From an uncultured Luminiphilus sp. (GTDB taxonomy: Bacteria > Pseudomonadota > Gammaproteobacteria > Pseudomonadales > Halieaceae): DNA of 64,000 nucleotides. The DNA lies in NCBI GenBank assembly GCA_938091485.1, contig CALKMV010000024.1, forward strand, positions 7,165-71,164, in the 5' to 3' direction. Both the position numbers and the translations under genes were made by a program. This document shows, piece after piece, positions 8,319 to 17,566 of this stretch (position 1 is the first letter of the stretch; every line of letters begins with the position of its first letter). Below the pieces are notes generated by a model. The model was not told the origin of the DNA and did no database searches. It worked only from the letters and a program-made list of their open reading frames with translations.

Positions 8319-10031
8319 CTACAGCCGGGCGTAAACTGTGGCGCCGTCAATGACGGTACGGTCGACTTTAATGCCCCGAATATCCTGAGCCGTCAGCGGG
8401 TTCTCTGACAGCACTACCAGATCTGCGCGCTTACCCGGCTCGATAGAGCCAATTTCGTCATCCATAAAGACTTGCCAGGCCGCATCAATGGTGACCGCTC
8501 GCAGTGCTGGCATCCGCCCAATGCGCTGCGCTGGACCAATCACCACGCCGCCCGTACTTTCCCGCTCCACCTGACTCCACACCGCCTGCAGAGGCAACAT
8601 AGGTGTAACAGGGGTGTCCAGATGCGAACTGAACCGAACACCGGCGTCCAATGCCCAGCGAGCTGGACTCATATTGGCAGCCCGATCAGGCCCCATGAAT
8701 ATGCCAGCGTGACGATCACCCCAGTAGTAGGTATGGGCGGAAAAAAAACTGGGCGTCACCCCGAGCGCTGCCATCCGCTCTATTTGATCCTTACGCGTCA
8801 TTTGCGCGTGGATAATCAACGGTCGGGCATCGGGCCAGGGATGGGCCTCCATCGCAGCCTCAATCGCATCAAGACCATCATCTATCGAGGCGTCGCCATT
8901 GCAATGAATAGCGACCGGAATCTGTCGCTCATACAAGCCCGCCACCTGTCGGAACAATACGTCTCGAGGCACCGAAGGATAGCCCCGGTAGCTGGCGTCA
9001 CCCTTGAACGGGACGTAGTAAGGCTCTGAGAGATAACCGGTGTACCCCTGAATGCTGCCATCAGCGATAATTTTTACCCGTGGCACGGAGACTCTTGCAC
9101 CGGCGAAATCGGCGAGCCCGCGCTCTCCACTGAGCAGGCTGTCTCCGACCTCCTCAAACAGAGGGAACAACGCTACCCGTTGCGAAAATTGATTCAGGCC
9201 ACTCAAAAACCCAAGCAGCTGAGCTACCGCCGAGGGCATGCCGCCTGCTGAGGCAGTCGTCACGCCTACTGATAAATATTCTTTTGCCGCCTGGGTCGTC
9301 ATCCGCAGGCCATCCATGACCCCGAGATCGAGCGTATGTTCCCAGACCGCTCGAGCGGCGGTTTCCTCCAACACCCCGTTAGGCCGGCGGCCATCAGCGG
9401 AGGCAGGGTCACGCACGATCACACCTCCCTCAGGATCAGGCGTTGATTCGTCGATGCCCAAAACCATCAACGCGGCACTATTGACCACCGCCAGATGACC
9501 CGAAACGTGCACCACGGCCACAGGCCTGTCGGGGCTGACCTGATCCAAGTCGTCGCGGGTGGGGTGGCGCTTTTCCCTTAAAAGAGTGTCATCGTAGCCG
9601 TGACCTACCAGCCATCCGCCCTCTCTCCGGAGCCCGAAATCAGTCAAACGGACCAGGAGTTGCTGAATATCGGTAACGTCTCCGATAGGCGGACTGTTGA
9701 GATCGACCGAAAATACCGTCTGACCAGAGCCCGGGAAATGCCCGTGGGCATCAACAAAACCCGGTATGAGCGTCCTGCCCCGCAAATCGACGACCTTTGT
9801 GATATCAGTTGCGGTGGACAGCATGGCTTCAGACCCCCCTACCGCATCTATCACACCATCGCGCACGCTCACCGCCTCAGCAATGCGGTTATCGCTATCC
9901 ATCGTCAAAACCGTGCCGTTCACATAAATCTCGTGAGGCGGCGCCGCAATCGGACGCGTTACAATCGCGAATAACACCGCAAACCCACCCAATAAAGCCA
10001 ATGAAATCAGAAGGGTTACACGCCAATTCAT
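8319..10031 (-). CDS. YtcJ-like amidohydrolase (family 3) with N-terminal membrane anchor
   Basis: PGFVDAHGH, KIIADGS, IHCNGD, IIHAQ and GSIEPGKRADLVVL motifs. Confidence 0.9.
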   Translation of the reverse strand: MNWRVTLLISLALLGGFAVLFAIVTRPIAAPPHEIYVNGTVLTMDSDNRIAEAVSVRDGVIDAVGGSEAMLSTATDITKVVDLRGRTLIPGFVDAHGHFPGSGQTVFSVDLNSPPIGDVTDIQQLLVRLTDFGLRREGGWLVGHGYDDTLLREKRHPTRDDLDQVSPDRPVAVVHVSGHLAVVNSAALMVLGIDESTPDPEGGVIVRDPASADGRRPNGVLEETAARAVWEHTLDLGVMDGLRMTTQAAKEYLSVGVTTASAGGMPSAVAQLLGFLSGLNQFSQRVALFPLFEEVGDSLLSGERGLADFAGARVSVPRVKIIADGSIQGYTGYLSEPYYVPFKGDASYRGYPSVPRDVLFRQVAGLYERQIPVAIHCNGDASIDDGLDAIEAAMEAHPWPDARPLIIHAQMTRKDQIERMAALGVTPSFFSAHTYYWGDRHAGIFMGPDRAANMSPARWALDAGVRFSSHLDTPVTPMLPLQAVWSQVERESTGGVVIGPAQRIGRMPALRAVTIDAAWQVFMDDEIGSIEPGKRADLVVLSENPLTAQDIRGIKVDRTVIDGATVYARL

Positions 10032-10061
10032 AGTATGAATCTCATATTAAATGCTGCAGGC

Positions 10062-10268
10062 TCAGTAATGCGGAGGGGGCGGCTCGTTGCTATCAGCGAC
10101 CACCGTATCAATTCGGGCGTCCTGATCTTTAAGTCGCTGCTGGAGCCGATCGATCTGGCGCTCCAAACGCAGTATGTGCTGCTGCTGGGCAGCCAGCGCG
10201 TCATCCAGCCCCGTAACGGCGTCCTCAACAAAGGCAATCTGCGTCTCTAACGCGGCGATGTCTCCCAT
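10062..10268 (-). CDS. slyX: SlyX family protein
   Basis: LETQIAFVED...coiled coil...EPPPPHY C-terminus. Confidence 0.9.
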   Translation of the reverse strand: MGDIAALETQIAFVEDAVTGLDDALAAQQQHILRLERQIDRLQQRLKDQDARIDTVVADSNEPPPPHY

Positions 10269-10332
10269 TTGCTCACCCCTCAAGCAGTTTACTCACTGGT
10301 GCTAGTATAAAACGAGCACGAATTCTTCAGGA

Positions 10333-10716
10333 GTGCCCGTTGCCAAGGAGAGCCCATTGACCCGACGTCGCGATAGTCAGCCCGTGTACAGCACAGACGG
10401 CGGGCGGCTGTGCCCGCAATGTCAACGGCGAGTGATCGAATGTGTCTGTGGCAATAACAAGCCTCGCACTTCTGTCGATGGTGTGGTGCGCATACGACGC
10501 GAGACGAAGGGTCGAGGCGGCAAGGCCGTGACGGTTATTGAAGGCATTCCCGAGCACCCCGACGCCCTCAAGACTATCTGCAAACAACTAAAGCAACGCT
10601 GTGGTGTAGGCGGTGCGGTCAAAGGCGACACCCTCGAGATTCAGGGTGACCAGCGCACCGTCTGCCAACAGCAGTTGGAAAAGATGGGCTATCAGGTGAA
10701 ACGATCAGGAGGATGA
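10333..10716 (+). CDS. yciH: Translation initiation factor SUI1/YciH
   Basis: VYST, RETKGRGGKAVT, LKQRCGVGG and IQGD motifs; start may be TTG 10357. Confidence 0.92.
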   Translation: MPVAKESPLTRRRDSQPVYSTDGGRLCPQCQRRVIECVCGNNKPRTSVDGVVRIRRETKGRGGKAVTVIEGIPEHPDALKTICKQLKQRCGVGGAVKGDTLEIQGDQRTVCQQQLEKMGYQVKRSGG

Positions 10717-11832
10717 CTCGGCCACTTTCAGCAAGGTTTTCTGCCCCGTCTTGCGTGCCCCGTAATCCATTACCGCATCCACGGTGATGGCCTCCGTCAG
10801 ACTGATCCGCGAGGAATAGTGGCTCACGAACGTCGTATCAATTTCATCGAGCACACGCTTCTGCATTCGCGCCACAACATCCACTCCCGCCCGCTTCATG
10901 AACGGTGTCAGCAGCCAGCCACTCACAGACCACACCCATCCATAGCCTCGCGTCAGCTCAGTCGCAGTCAGATCTAACTGACCGTAAATATAGGCCTGCT
11001 TGGGTTCCTCAGAACCATATCGCGACCAGGGTCCCGTCTGAGCCGCTGCAATCTCCATGGCCGTCAGAATGCGATTAACGCCCCTCCCTCCGCCGACGGC
11101 GTCAAAAGCCAAAGTGGCACCGGTAGCCACCAGCGCTGAGATCAAATCCTTCATGAAGGATTCAGACTGACTATTTAAAGCCCACTCCACCCCCATGGAC
11201 CGCAGTAGCTCGACCTGCTCGTCAGAGCGCACAATATTCACCAGCGGCACATCATCGGCTTGGCACAAGCGCACCAGCATTTGCCCAAGATTAGATGCCG
11301 CAGCGGTGTGCACTATGGCGCGCTGCCCTTCCATCAAGCGCGTTTCCATAAATCCCAAAGCGGTCATCGGGTTGACGAAGCAGGAAGCCGCCTGCTCCGC
11401 GGTGATTCGCTCGGGGAACGCCATACATTGGGATGCCGGCAGACAGCGATGTTCAGCATACATCTCGCCACCAAACATACCCACGCGCTGCCCCATTAAT
11501 GCCTGCGCGGCCTCGCTCTCACCCGCGGCAATAACTCGCCCACTGCCTTCATTACCCACAGCCAGCCAGTGACCTATTCTAGGTCCCATCGCACGCATCG
11601 CGGCGTCAGGCACATCTAACAGCACCGCGGGCTGACCATCCCTCTCAGTCGCACGCACCGTGCTCAGATCGGCGGCCCCGAACATCAAGCCAAGGTCCGA
11701 TGGATTGATGGGCGCCGCCTCAATCGCGACAAGCACCTCATCAGGACCAGGGTCAGGTACTTCTACCTCAATCAGAGTGCACTCCACAGTCCCATTATCA
11801 TGAACACAAGATTGCATTTGCGTCGTTTTCAT
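10705..11832 (-). CDS. MDR-family NAD(P)H oxidoreductase (enoyl-reductase/quinone oxidoreductase-like)
   Basis: AAPINPSDL, GNEGSG, VNPMTA and HTAAASNLG motifs. Confidence 0.85.
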   Translation of the reverse strand: MKTTQMQSCVHDNGTVECTLIEVEVPDPGPDEVLVAIEAAPINPSDLGLMFGAADLSTVRATERDGQPAVLLDVPDAAMRAMGPRIGHWLAVGNEGSGRVIAAGESEAAQALMGQRVGMFGGEMYAEHRCLPASQCMAFPERITAEQAASCFVNPMTALGFMETRLMEGQRAIVHTAAASNLGQMLVRLCQADDVPLVNIVRSDEQVELLRSMGVEWALNSQSESFMKDLISALVATGATLAFDAVGGGRGVNRILTAMEIAAAQTGPWSRYGSEEPKQAYIYGQLDLTATELTRGYGWVWSVSGWLLTPFMKRAGVDVVARMQKRVLDEIDTTFVSHYSSRISLTEAITVDAVMDYGARKTGQKTLLKVAESSS

Positions 11833-11907
11833 CAGTCTCCCCCCCCGATTACCGTCGTCGTATTCGGACCAAAAGCGCTCTGCAAGAGAGCCGGTAAATA
11901 AAGCGGC

Positions 11908-13914
11908 TCAATATAGCCCTTCGCGCTCCGCTGCGGTCAACAAGCTCACAGGTTGTTCCGCTCTCGTGCGGTAAATCACTAAGTAAGCCAAAACGGCCTG
12001 AACATACTCCCGCGTCTCGCCAAAGGGTATCGAGTCCACCCACTGGTCAACCGACATATCCTCCTCCGTCCAGCGCGCCACCCGACTCGGCCCCGCATTG
12101 TAGGCCGCAAGCGCCTTGACACGATTACCCTCGAAGCGCGACAGCAAATCGACGTAATAGGCTGCCCCCAGCGTGATGTTAGTCGAGGGATCGTAGAGCG
12201 AGCTCGTCCCGCCATACACTTCGTCACGATCATTGGCCACGCTGCGAGCAGTAGCTGGCATCAGCTGCATCAAACCTCTCGCGCCCACTTTCGAGCGCGC
12301 CCTTGGATACAACCCGCTCTCCCGCCGCGCCAACGACAGGAGTTCATACGGATCCACCCCCAGCTCATCAGCCACTGATTGGAAGGTTTGCCAATAGCTC
12401 CGCGGAAAGCGCAGATCGAGCCGATCCCAGGACGCTCCCGCGTTGGCAGCGTCGGTGGCGAAGTCCGGCCACCCTCTCTGCAAAGCCAACTCTCCAAGCC
12501 GTGCCCTCTCCGTTCGCGGCATCTGATTGAGTGTATGGCGCCACTGTTCTTTGGCCTGCCGCCAATCACCCAACGCCATCAACTCCTGGGCGCGCCCCAC
12601 CCCCAACCGGGTCGGCCCGGTGAATGCCGGTATAGGCGTGGCCGGTAAAACCGCGTTCAACTGGTAGTCCATCGCCAGACGATCAGCCGCCAGAAATCCG
12701 TGGAAGCTCCTCGCTGTCGCTAGGTTCTCCCAGAGCAATTGGGTATCTCTACCACCTAATGACTCGAGACTGCGCGCTGACCAATAACGCCATCGGTCCT
12801 GCAAGCGGAGCTCGGATGACAGCCACTCAAGCCCCGTCAGCACTGCCTGCCATTCACCGTTGCCAATCGCATTTCTGAGCCAGATGACCGTCAGCTCATC
12901 GTCGCGCAAAGCGGCGACCTGTGCGTCCACCCAATCCGGCGGCGCCGGTGAACGCTCGGCGAACAAACTGTGACGCACGATAGCGGACGTCACTGTCCGT
13001 ATATGAGCCTCAGTAAAAGCGCCATCGTCTTTCACGCTGAGAAAAGCCTGGTAAGCCCGAGCAGGACTCAGCTGGGCGAGACGCACCACTCCGGCGACGA
13101 GAATGTCAGCGTGGCGGGCACCGCTCTGATGGTGGTCGCCTTCAACCCGGGAAGGTCGTCGATATACCGCCGCCAGTTCATCAAGATCCCGCTGTAGAGG
13201 AAGCGTGGCGAATCGCTTGACGTAGCGAATAAGGTGGCCGTTTTTGGCGTCGAACGCCTTCAACGCTCGAGACCAGATTAGCGCTTCATCAGGCCCGCTC
13301 AGTTCAATCCAGCGCTCAAAGAGAGGATCACAACCGTCGTCCTGAGAAAAACCGACATTCCAGAGCCGCTCGGCACCTTGAAAAGCGGTTTGACGATCGC
13401 CCGTGCCCAGCTTTGCCCGATAGTAATAACATTGTAATTCGGGCATTTCGGGCACATCGTCCAACACGCCCAAAAAAGCCTGCCAGCGCCCGTCCTGCGC
13501 CTTGTGCCTTAAGTAAGCAACCAGAAAACGGCTGGCCAGGGGCGTGCCTTCGGCCGAGGCCATGAACAGACGCGCTTCCTCAGCAGTCATGTCGTGGAGC
13601 TGCCCCAACTTGATCGAAAAATCGAGGTCAACTTCGAGCGGGTAATCCCTCAATGCAGCGCGCATCTCCTGATAGCGGCTTCCGGCACCTGTATCGAGCT
13701 CAGCGGCCGCCTTTTGATACAACGAGCGCTCCTGCGCCCACTGCTCGGAGGAGGGCAACCATTCAATGTCGGCAACCGTCGACGCTGGCGTGGTGAGCGA
13801 CAACAGCAGGCCCGCCATCCCGAGCACAGGGCGAGAACGACCGGCACTAGAGATTAACGATAGGGGTATATTTTTCACGGGCGCAAGAATGGTACGGAAC
13901 GCTCTCCTTTTCAA
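11908..13914 (-). CDS. slt: Soluble lytic murein transglycosylase
   Basis: C-terminal SLT domain (RRES, GARGLMQLMP, AAYNAGP, IPFGETREYV) after a helical repeat region; start uncertain. Confidence 0.92.
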   Translation of the reverse strand: MKRRAFRTILAPVKNIPLSLISSAGRSRPVLGMAGLLLSLTTPASTVADIEWLPSSEQWAQERSLYQKAAAELDTGAGSRYQEMRAALRDYPLEVDLDFSIKLGQLHDMTAEEARLFMASAEGTPLASRFLVAYLRHKAQDGRWQAFLGVLDDVPEMPELQCYYYRAKLGTGDRQTAFQGAERLWNVGFSQDDGCDPLFERWIELSGPDEALIWSRALKAFDAKNGHLIRYVKRFATLPLQRDLDELAAVYRRPSRVEGDHHQSGARHADILVAGVVRLAQLSPARAYQAFLSVKDDGAFTEAHIRTVTSAIVRHSLFAERSPAPPDWVDAQVAALRDDELTVIWLRNAIGNGEWQAVLTGLEWLSSELRLQDRWRYWSARSLESLGGRDTQLLWENLATARSFHGFLAADRLAMDYQLNAVLPATPIPAFTGPTRLGVGRAQELMALGDWRQAKEQWRHTLNQMPRTERARLGELALQRGWPDFATDAANAGASWDRLDLRFPRSYWQTFQSVADELGVDPYELLSLARRESGLYPRARSKVGARGLMQLMPATARSVANDRDEVYGGTSSLYDPSTNITLGAAYYVDLLSRFEGNRVKALAAYNAGPSRVARWTEEDMSVDQWVDSIPFGETREYVQAVLAYLVIYRTRAEQPVSLLTAAEREGLY

Positions 13915-13961
13915 TCATAAACGGTTAGCATCTGAGGGAATTCGACTCAGCGGTTAATGGC

Positions 13962-15020
13962 ATGACGGCACACGGCATTCGCCTTACACAATACAGTCAC
14001 GGTGGGGGATGCGGCTGCAAGATCGCACCGGATGTGCTGTCGCGAATTCTGACAGAAACCGATGACGGAACCTCTGCCGACAGGTTCCCATCGTTACTGG
14101 TAGGTCACCAATCAAGAGACGACGCCGCGGCTGTCATCCTCGATGAAGATCGGGCTGTGCTCTCCACGACTGACTTTTTCATGCCTATCGTCGACGATCC
14201 CTATGACTTTGGCCGCATCGCAGCAACCAACGCCATCTCTGATATCTACGCGATGGGAGGTTCCCCTCAACTGGCAGTCGCGATTCTGGGATGGCCGATC
14301 GACCGATTGGCGCCTGAAATCGCCAATCAGGTTGTGCAAGGCGGCCGGGATGTTTGCGCGCAACTGGGGTTCCCGCTGGCAGGCGGGCACAGCATCGATG
14401 CCCCCGAGCCTATCTTTGGACTAGCCGTCACTGGCACAGTGGAGAGAGCGCATCTAAAGCTAAACAGCGGTGCTTGCACCAACGATTTATTGATTCTGAC
14501 CAAGCCTCTCGGGATCGGCATCCACACCACCGCGGAAAAACATGGCAAATTAAAGCCGGCACATCGAGGCCTCGCGATCGAGCTAATGTGTCAAGCCAAT
14601 AGGGTTGGCGCACTGCTGGCGAAGTTTGATGGCGTGAGCGCGCTCACTGATGTGACGGGCTTCGGCCTCGCGGGGCATCTGATGGAAATGTGTCGAGGGG
14701 CAAATCTCTCTGCCAGCATCGACCCCACAGTCATTCCCGAGTTACCCGGGCTGGACGACTATATCGCCCAAGATTGTGTGCCCGGTGGCACACATCGAAA
14801 TTTTGACGCCCTCAGGGATGGCCTCCCTACCCTCAGCCCCCGTGAAATAGCCGTGTTGTGCGACCCACAAACCAGCGGAGGCCTGCTAGTTTCTGTGTCG
14901 CCTGACACGCTCAGCGACGTGCAACAACTGCTCAATGAACAGAAGTTGCCGAGCGCCGTGGTAGGATCTCTAGCACCGAATGAGAGCGGTGAGCCTGTAC
15001 TCCGCCTGCAGGCAGAATGA
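13962..15020 (+). CDS. selD: Selenide, water dikinase (Cys form)
   Basis: LTQYSHGGGCGCK, TTDFFMPIVDDP, DVTGFGL and DPQTSGGLL motifs. Confidence 0.97.
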   Translation: MTAHGIRLTQYSHGGGCGCKIAPDVLSRILTETDDGTSADRFPSLLVGHQSRDDAAAVILDEDRAVLSTTDFFMPIVDDPYDFGRIAATNAISDIYAMGGSPQLAVAILGWPIDRLAPEIANQVVQGGRDVCAQLGFPLAGGHSIDAPEPIFGLAVTGTVERAHLKLNSGACTNDLLILTKPLGIGIHTTAEKHGKLKPAHRGLAIELMCQANRVGALLAKFDGVSALTDVTGFGLAGHLMEMCRGANLSASIDPTVIPELPGLDDYIAQDCVPGGTHRNFDALRDGLPTLSPREIAVLCDPQTSGGLLVSVSPDTLSDVQQLLNEQKLPSAVVGSLAPNESGEPVLRLQAE

Positions 15021-16135
15021 CTGAGATAGACGAGCTCGAATCTCTGTTACGGGATGACACCCCGCTCATCGACACACGCTCGCCAATCGAATTTGCTAAG
15101 GGTAGCCTCCCAACAGCCATCAATCTGCCTCTCATGACTAATGAGGAGAGAGAGGCCGTGGGTACCTGTTACAAAGAGCAAGGTCAGGATGCGGCCGTTC
15201 GGCTTGGCTACCAGTTAGTCGTAGCCGACGTAAAGGAGCGGCGCGTCAGGGCCTGGCAAGCCTTCGCAGCTCAGCACCCAGGGGGTGCGCTGTTTTGCTT
15301 CCGCGGGGGGATGCGATCGGAAATCGCGCAGAGATGGTTGCATGATGCCGGCGTGGATTACCCCCGAATCAAGGGAGGCTATAAGGCGCTGCGGCGCTGG
15401 CTGAGTGAATCCACCGATCACGTCATCGAGCGGACACCGCTGCTATTGCTGGGCGGACCAACTGGCGCCGCTAAAACACGCATCCTCAATGAGGGCAATG
15501 GCGGACAGCCCATCCCCGGCAGCGTCGATCTGGAAGGGCTGGCCAATCACCGCGGCTCAGCCTTTGGACGAAGGGTAAGTGAACAACCTACGCAAATCGG
15601 CTTTGAGCTGGCGCTTGGAGTTCAACTGCTCAAGCATCGGCACGCTGCCCATCAAAAATTGATTTTGGAGGACGAAGGCCGCTTGATTGGGCGCTGCGCC
15701 CTACCCCTGTCACTTCAAGCCGCGCGCCACGACGCCAACTGGGTGCAACTGGACGCCAGCGTTGATGCTCGAGTCCAACATTCATACGAAAACTACATCC
15801 TTCAGAACCTCGAGGAGTTGATAGCTCGGGATGCGACCAGAGGTTTCGATCAATTCGCAACAGGCTTGCTGGACGCCCTTGAGCGAATTCAAAAACGATT
15901 GGGCGGACAACGTTACAAAGCACTGAAAGCCATCATGCGGGATTCCTTGGCGGCACACGAGCGCGGCAATCCCGAGGCACACAAGGTCTGGATCAGCGAA
16001 CTGCTGACCGGATACTACGATCCCATGTATGAATACCAAATGAATAATCGAATCAGGCAGCCCCTGTTCAGAGGCGCCGAGAGAGAGGTCATCGAATACC
16101 TATTGGAGACTGCGTACGCTTCTCTCGCCGGCTGA
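15017..16135 (+). CDS. selU: tRNA 2-selenouridine synthase
   Basis: Rhodanese CFRGGMRS, P-loop-like GPTGAAKT, DLEGLANHRGSAFG and YYDPMY; overlaps the selD stop. Confidence 0.95.
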   Translation: MTEIDELESLLRDDTPLIDTRSPIEFAKGSLPTAINLPLMTNEEREAVGTCYKEQGQDAAVRLGYQLVVADVKERRVRAWQAFAAQHPGGALFCFRGGMRSEIAQRWLHDAGVDYPRIKGGYKALRRWLSESTDHVIERTPLLLLGGPTGAAKTRILNEGNGGQPIPGSVDLEGLANHRGSAFGRRVSEQPTQIGFELALGVQLLKHRHAAHQKLILEDEGRLIGRCALPLSLQAARHDANWVQLDASVDARVQHSYENYILQNLEELIARDATRGFDQFATGLLDALERIQKRLGGQRYKALKAIMRDSLAAHERGNPEAHKVWISELLTGYYDPMYEYQMNNRIRQPLFRGAEREVIEYLLETAYASLAG

Positions 16136-16183
16136 CAGCCACATCGATTAGCACCGCTCTCACTTTAAGATAAAATGAAACAT

Positions 16184-16259
16184 CTCCCTGTAGTTAAACA
16201 GGATATAACTACCGCCTCCTAAGCGGTGATTCCAGGTTCGAGTCCTGGCGGGGAGGCCA
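16184..16259 (+). tRNA. tRNA-Arg (anticodon CCT)
   Basis: Cloverleaf: acceptor CTCCCTG/CGGGGAG, D arm GTTA/TAAC, anticodon arm ACCGC-CTCCTAA-GCGGT, T arm CCAGG-TTCGAGT-CCTGG, encoded CCA. Confidence 0.96.
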
Positions 16260-16303
16260 TCAACTTGTTCCAACCCCATTCCCTACAACCGTTACAAGAC
16301 CCT

Positions 16304-16669
16304 ATGATCAAACTCGTCTACTGCCTCAGAAAACGCACCGACATCGACAGCGATAGCTTTTATCGCTACTGGCTGGAGGAGCATGGGCCGCTTGTAAAGT
16401 CGGTTGCCAACGCGATCGGTGCAAGCCGTTACGTGCAGAGCCACACCATACTCCCTGAACTCAACGACATCATGATTGAAGGCCGCGGTCTTTGCGAACC
16501 TTACGATGGCGTGACCGAGGTTTGGTGGGAGACCATGACTGCACTTGATCAAGGCATGTCCTCACCGGCGGGCATAGAGGCACAGACCAAACTGATGGAA
16601 GACGAAGCGCGGTTTATCGACTTCAGTCGGTCCAGCGTGTTCATGACTGAAGAACACACTATTTTTTAA
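16304..16669 (+). CDS. EthD-domain (dimeric alpha/beta barrel) protein
   Basis: MIKLVYCLRKR...FYRYWLEEHGPLV...YVQSH...YDGVTEVWW...DEARFID. Confidence 0.88.
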   Translation: MIKLVYCLRKRTDIDSDSFYRYWLEEHGPLVKSVANAIGASRYVQSHTILPELNDIMIEGRGLCEPYDGVTEVWWETMTALDQGMSSPAGIEAQTKLMEDEARFIDFSRSSVFMTEEHTIF

Positions 16670-16835
16670 GCAAACCACAACAGACTGCAGCCAACAGCAT
16701 CAGGGACTTGGCACCACTCAGGCAGTAAGTCCCGAAGCTAATGAGGCGCCGCAGGCACAGAGATACATCCAATGGCACCCGGGAGCGGTATATAGGGCGT
16801 AAATACGATCTCTATAAGGCTTTCCCGCTTTCGCC

Positions 16836-17522
16836 ATGACCGACACGTTGACACTGCACCATCTCGAGTACTCCCAATCCTTCCGCGTCTTGTGGATGCT
16901 GGAGGAATTGCAGGCCTCTTATGAGCTGGTGGTTTACGACCGCGACGCGCGAACAATGGCGGCCCCCGACGAATACAAGACGCTCTCCCCGCTTGGCACA
17001 GCCCCTGTGGTCACCTATGGAGGCCTAACCCTGGCAGAGAGCAGTGCGATCATGGAATTTATTCTGGACAAGACGCCGGGGCAAAACCTGAGACCCGGCC
17101 CAGACTCAACGGATCGCACACGTTATCTTTTCTGGTGGCACGCGGCGCAGGGATCAATGATGCCTTTGCAACTGATGAAAACAGTCACCACGATTTCACA
17201 AAAACGGCTGCCCTTTTTCATGAAGCCCTTCGTCAAGCTTTACACAAAGGGGTTGGACGAGCTATTCATTCAGCCGCGCTTGGATCGGATACTGGCGGTG
17301 GCAGAGGCAGACCTCGCCACCGCACCCTGGTTCGGAGGGCAACATGTGTCAGCGGCGGACTTCCTGATCGCATTCAATATGATTGTCGGCGCGGAGCGCG
17401 GCATGATTACCGAGGCTGATCATCCGCGATGCATGGAATGGGTCGCCCGCATGAAAGCGCTGCCCAGCTTTGCGCGAGCCACTGAGAAAGACGGCCGCGA
17501 GAGCATGGCGCTTACCTACTGA
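16836..17522 (+). CDS. Glutathione S-transferase
   Basis: SQSFRVLWMLEEL, PLGTAPV, LAESSAI and WFGGQHVSAAD motifs. Confidence 0.92.
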   Translation: MTDTLTLHHLEYSQSFRVLWMLEELQASYELVVYDRDARTMAAPDEYKTLSPLGTAPVVTYGGLTLAESSAIMEFILDKTPGQNLRPGPDSTDRTRYLFWWHAAQGSMMPLQLMKTVTTISQKRLPFFMKPFVKLYTKGLDELFIQPRLDRILAVAEADLATAPWFGGQHVSAADFLIAFNMIVGAERGMITEADHPRCMEWVARMKALPSFARATEKDGRESMALTY

Positions 17523-17566
17523 GCTTATCCACCGTGCGACTGCAGCCGCACCAAGATTTAAACCCT

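Noticed and set aside
13962-15020. Selenocysteine recoding in selD or neighbouring genes
   Set aside because: The SelD active site is encoded as Cys, and I saw no in-frame TGA splitting a recognisable domain.
16226-16303. N-terminal extension of the EthD ORF
   Set aside because: It overlaps the tRNA-Arg gene; ATG 16304 matches the family start.
16184-16400. Prophage or ICE integrated at tRNA-Arg
   Set aside because: No integrase or phage genes, and I saw no duplicated tRNA 3' end by eye.
16714-16744. GGGACTT...AAGTCCC inverted repeat after the EthD gene
   Set aside because: It has a long loop, no U-tract and only one copy, which is too little to call a terminator or REP element.
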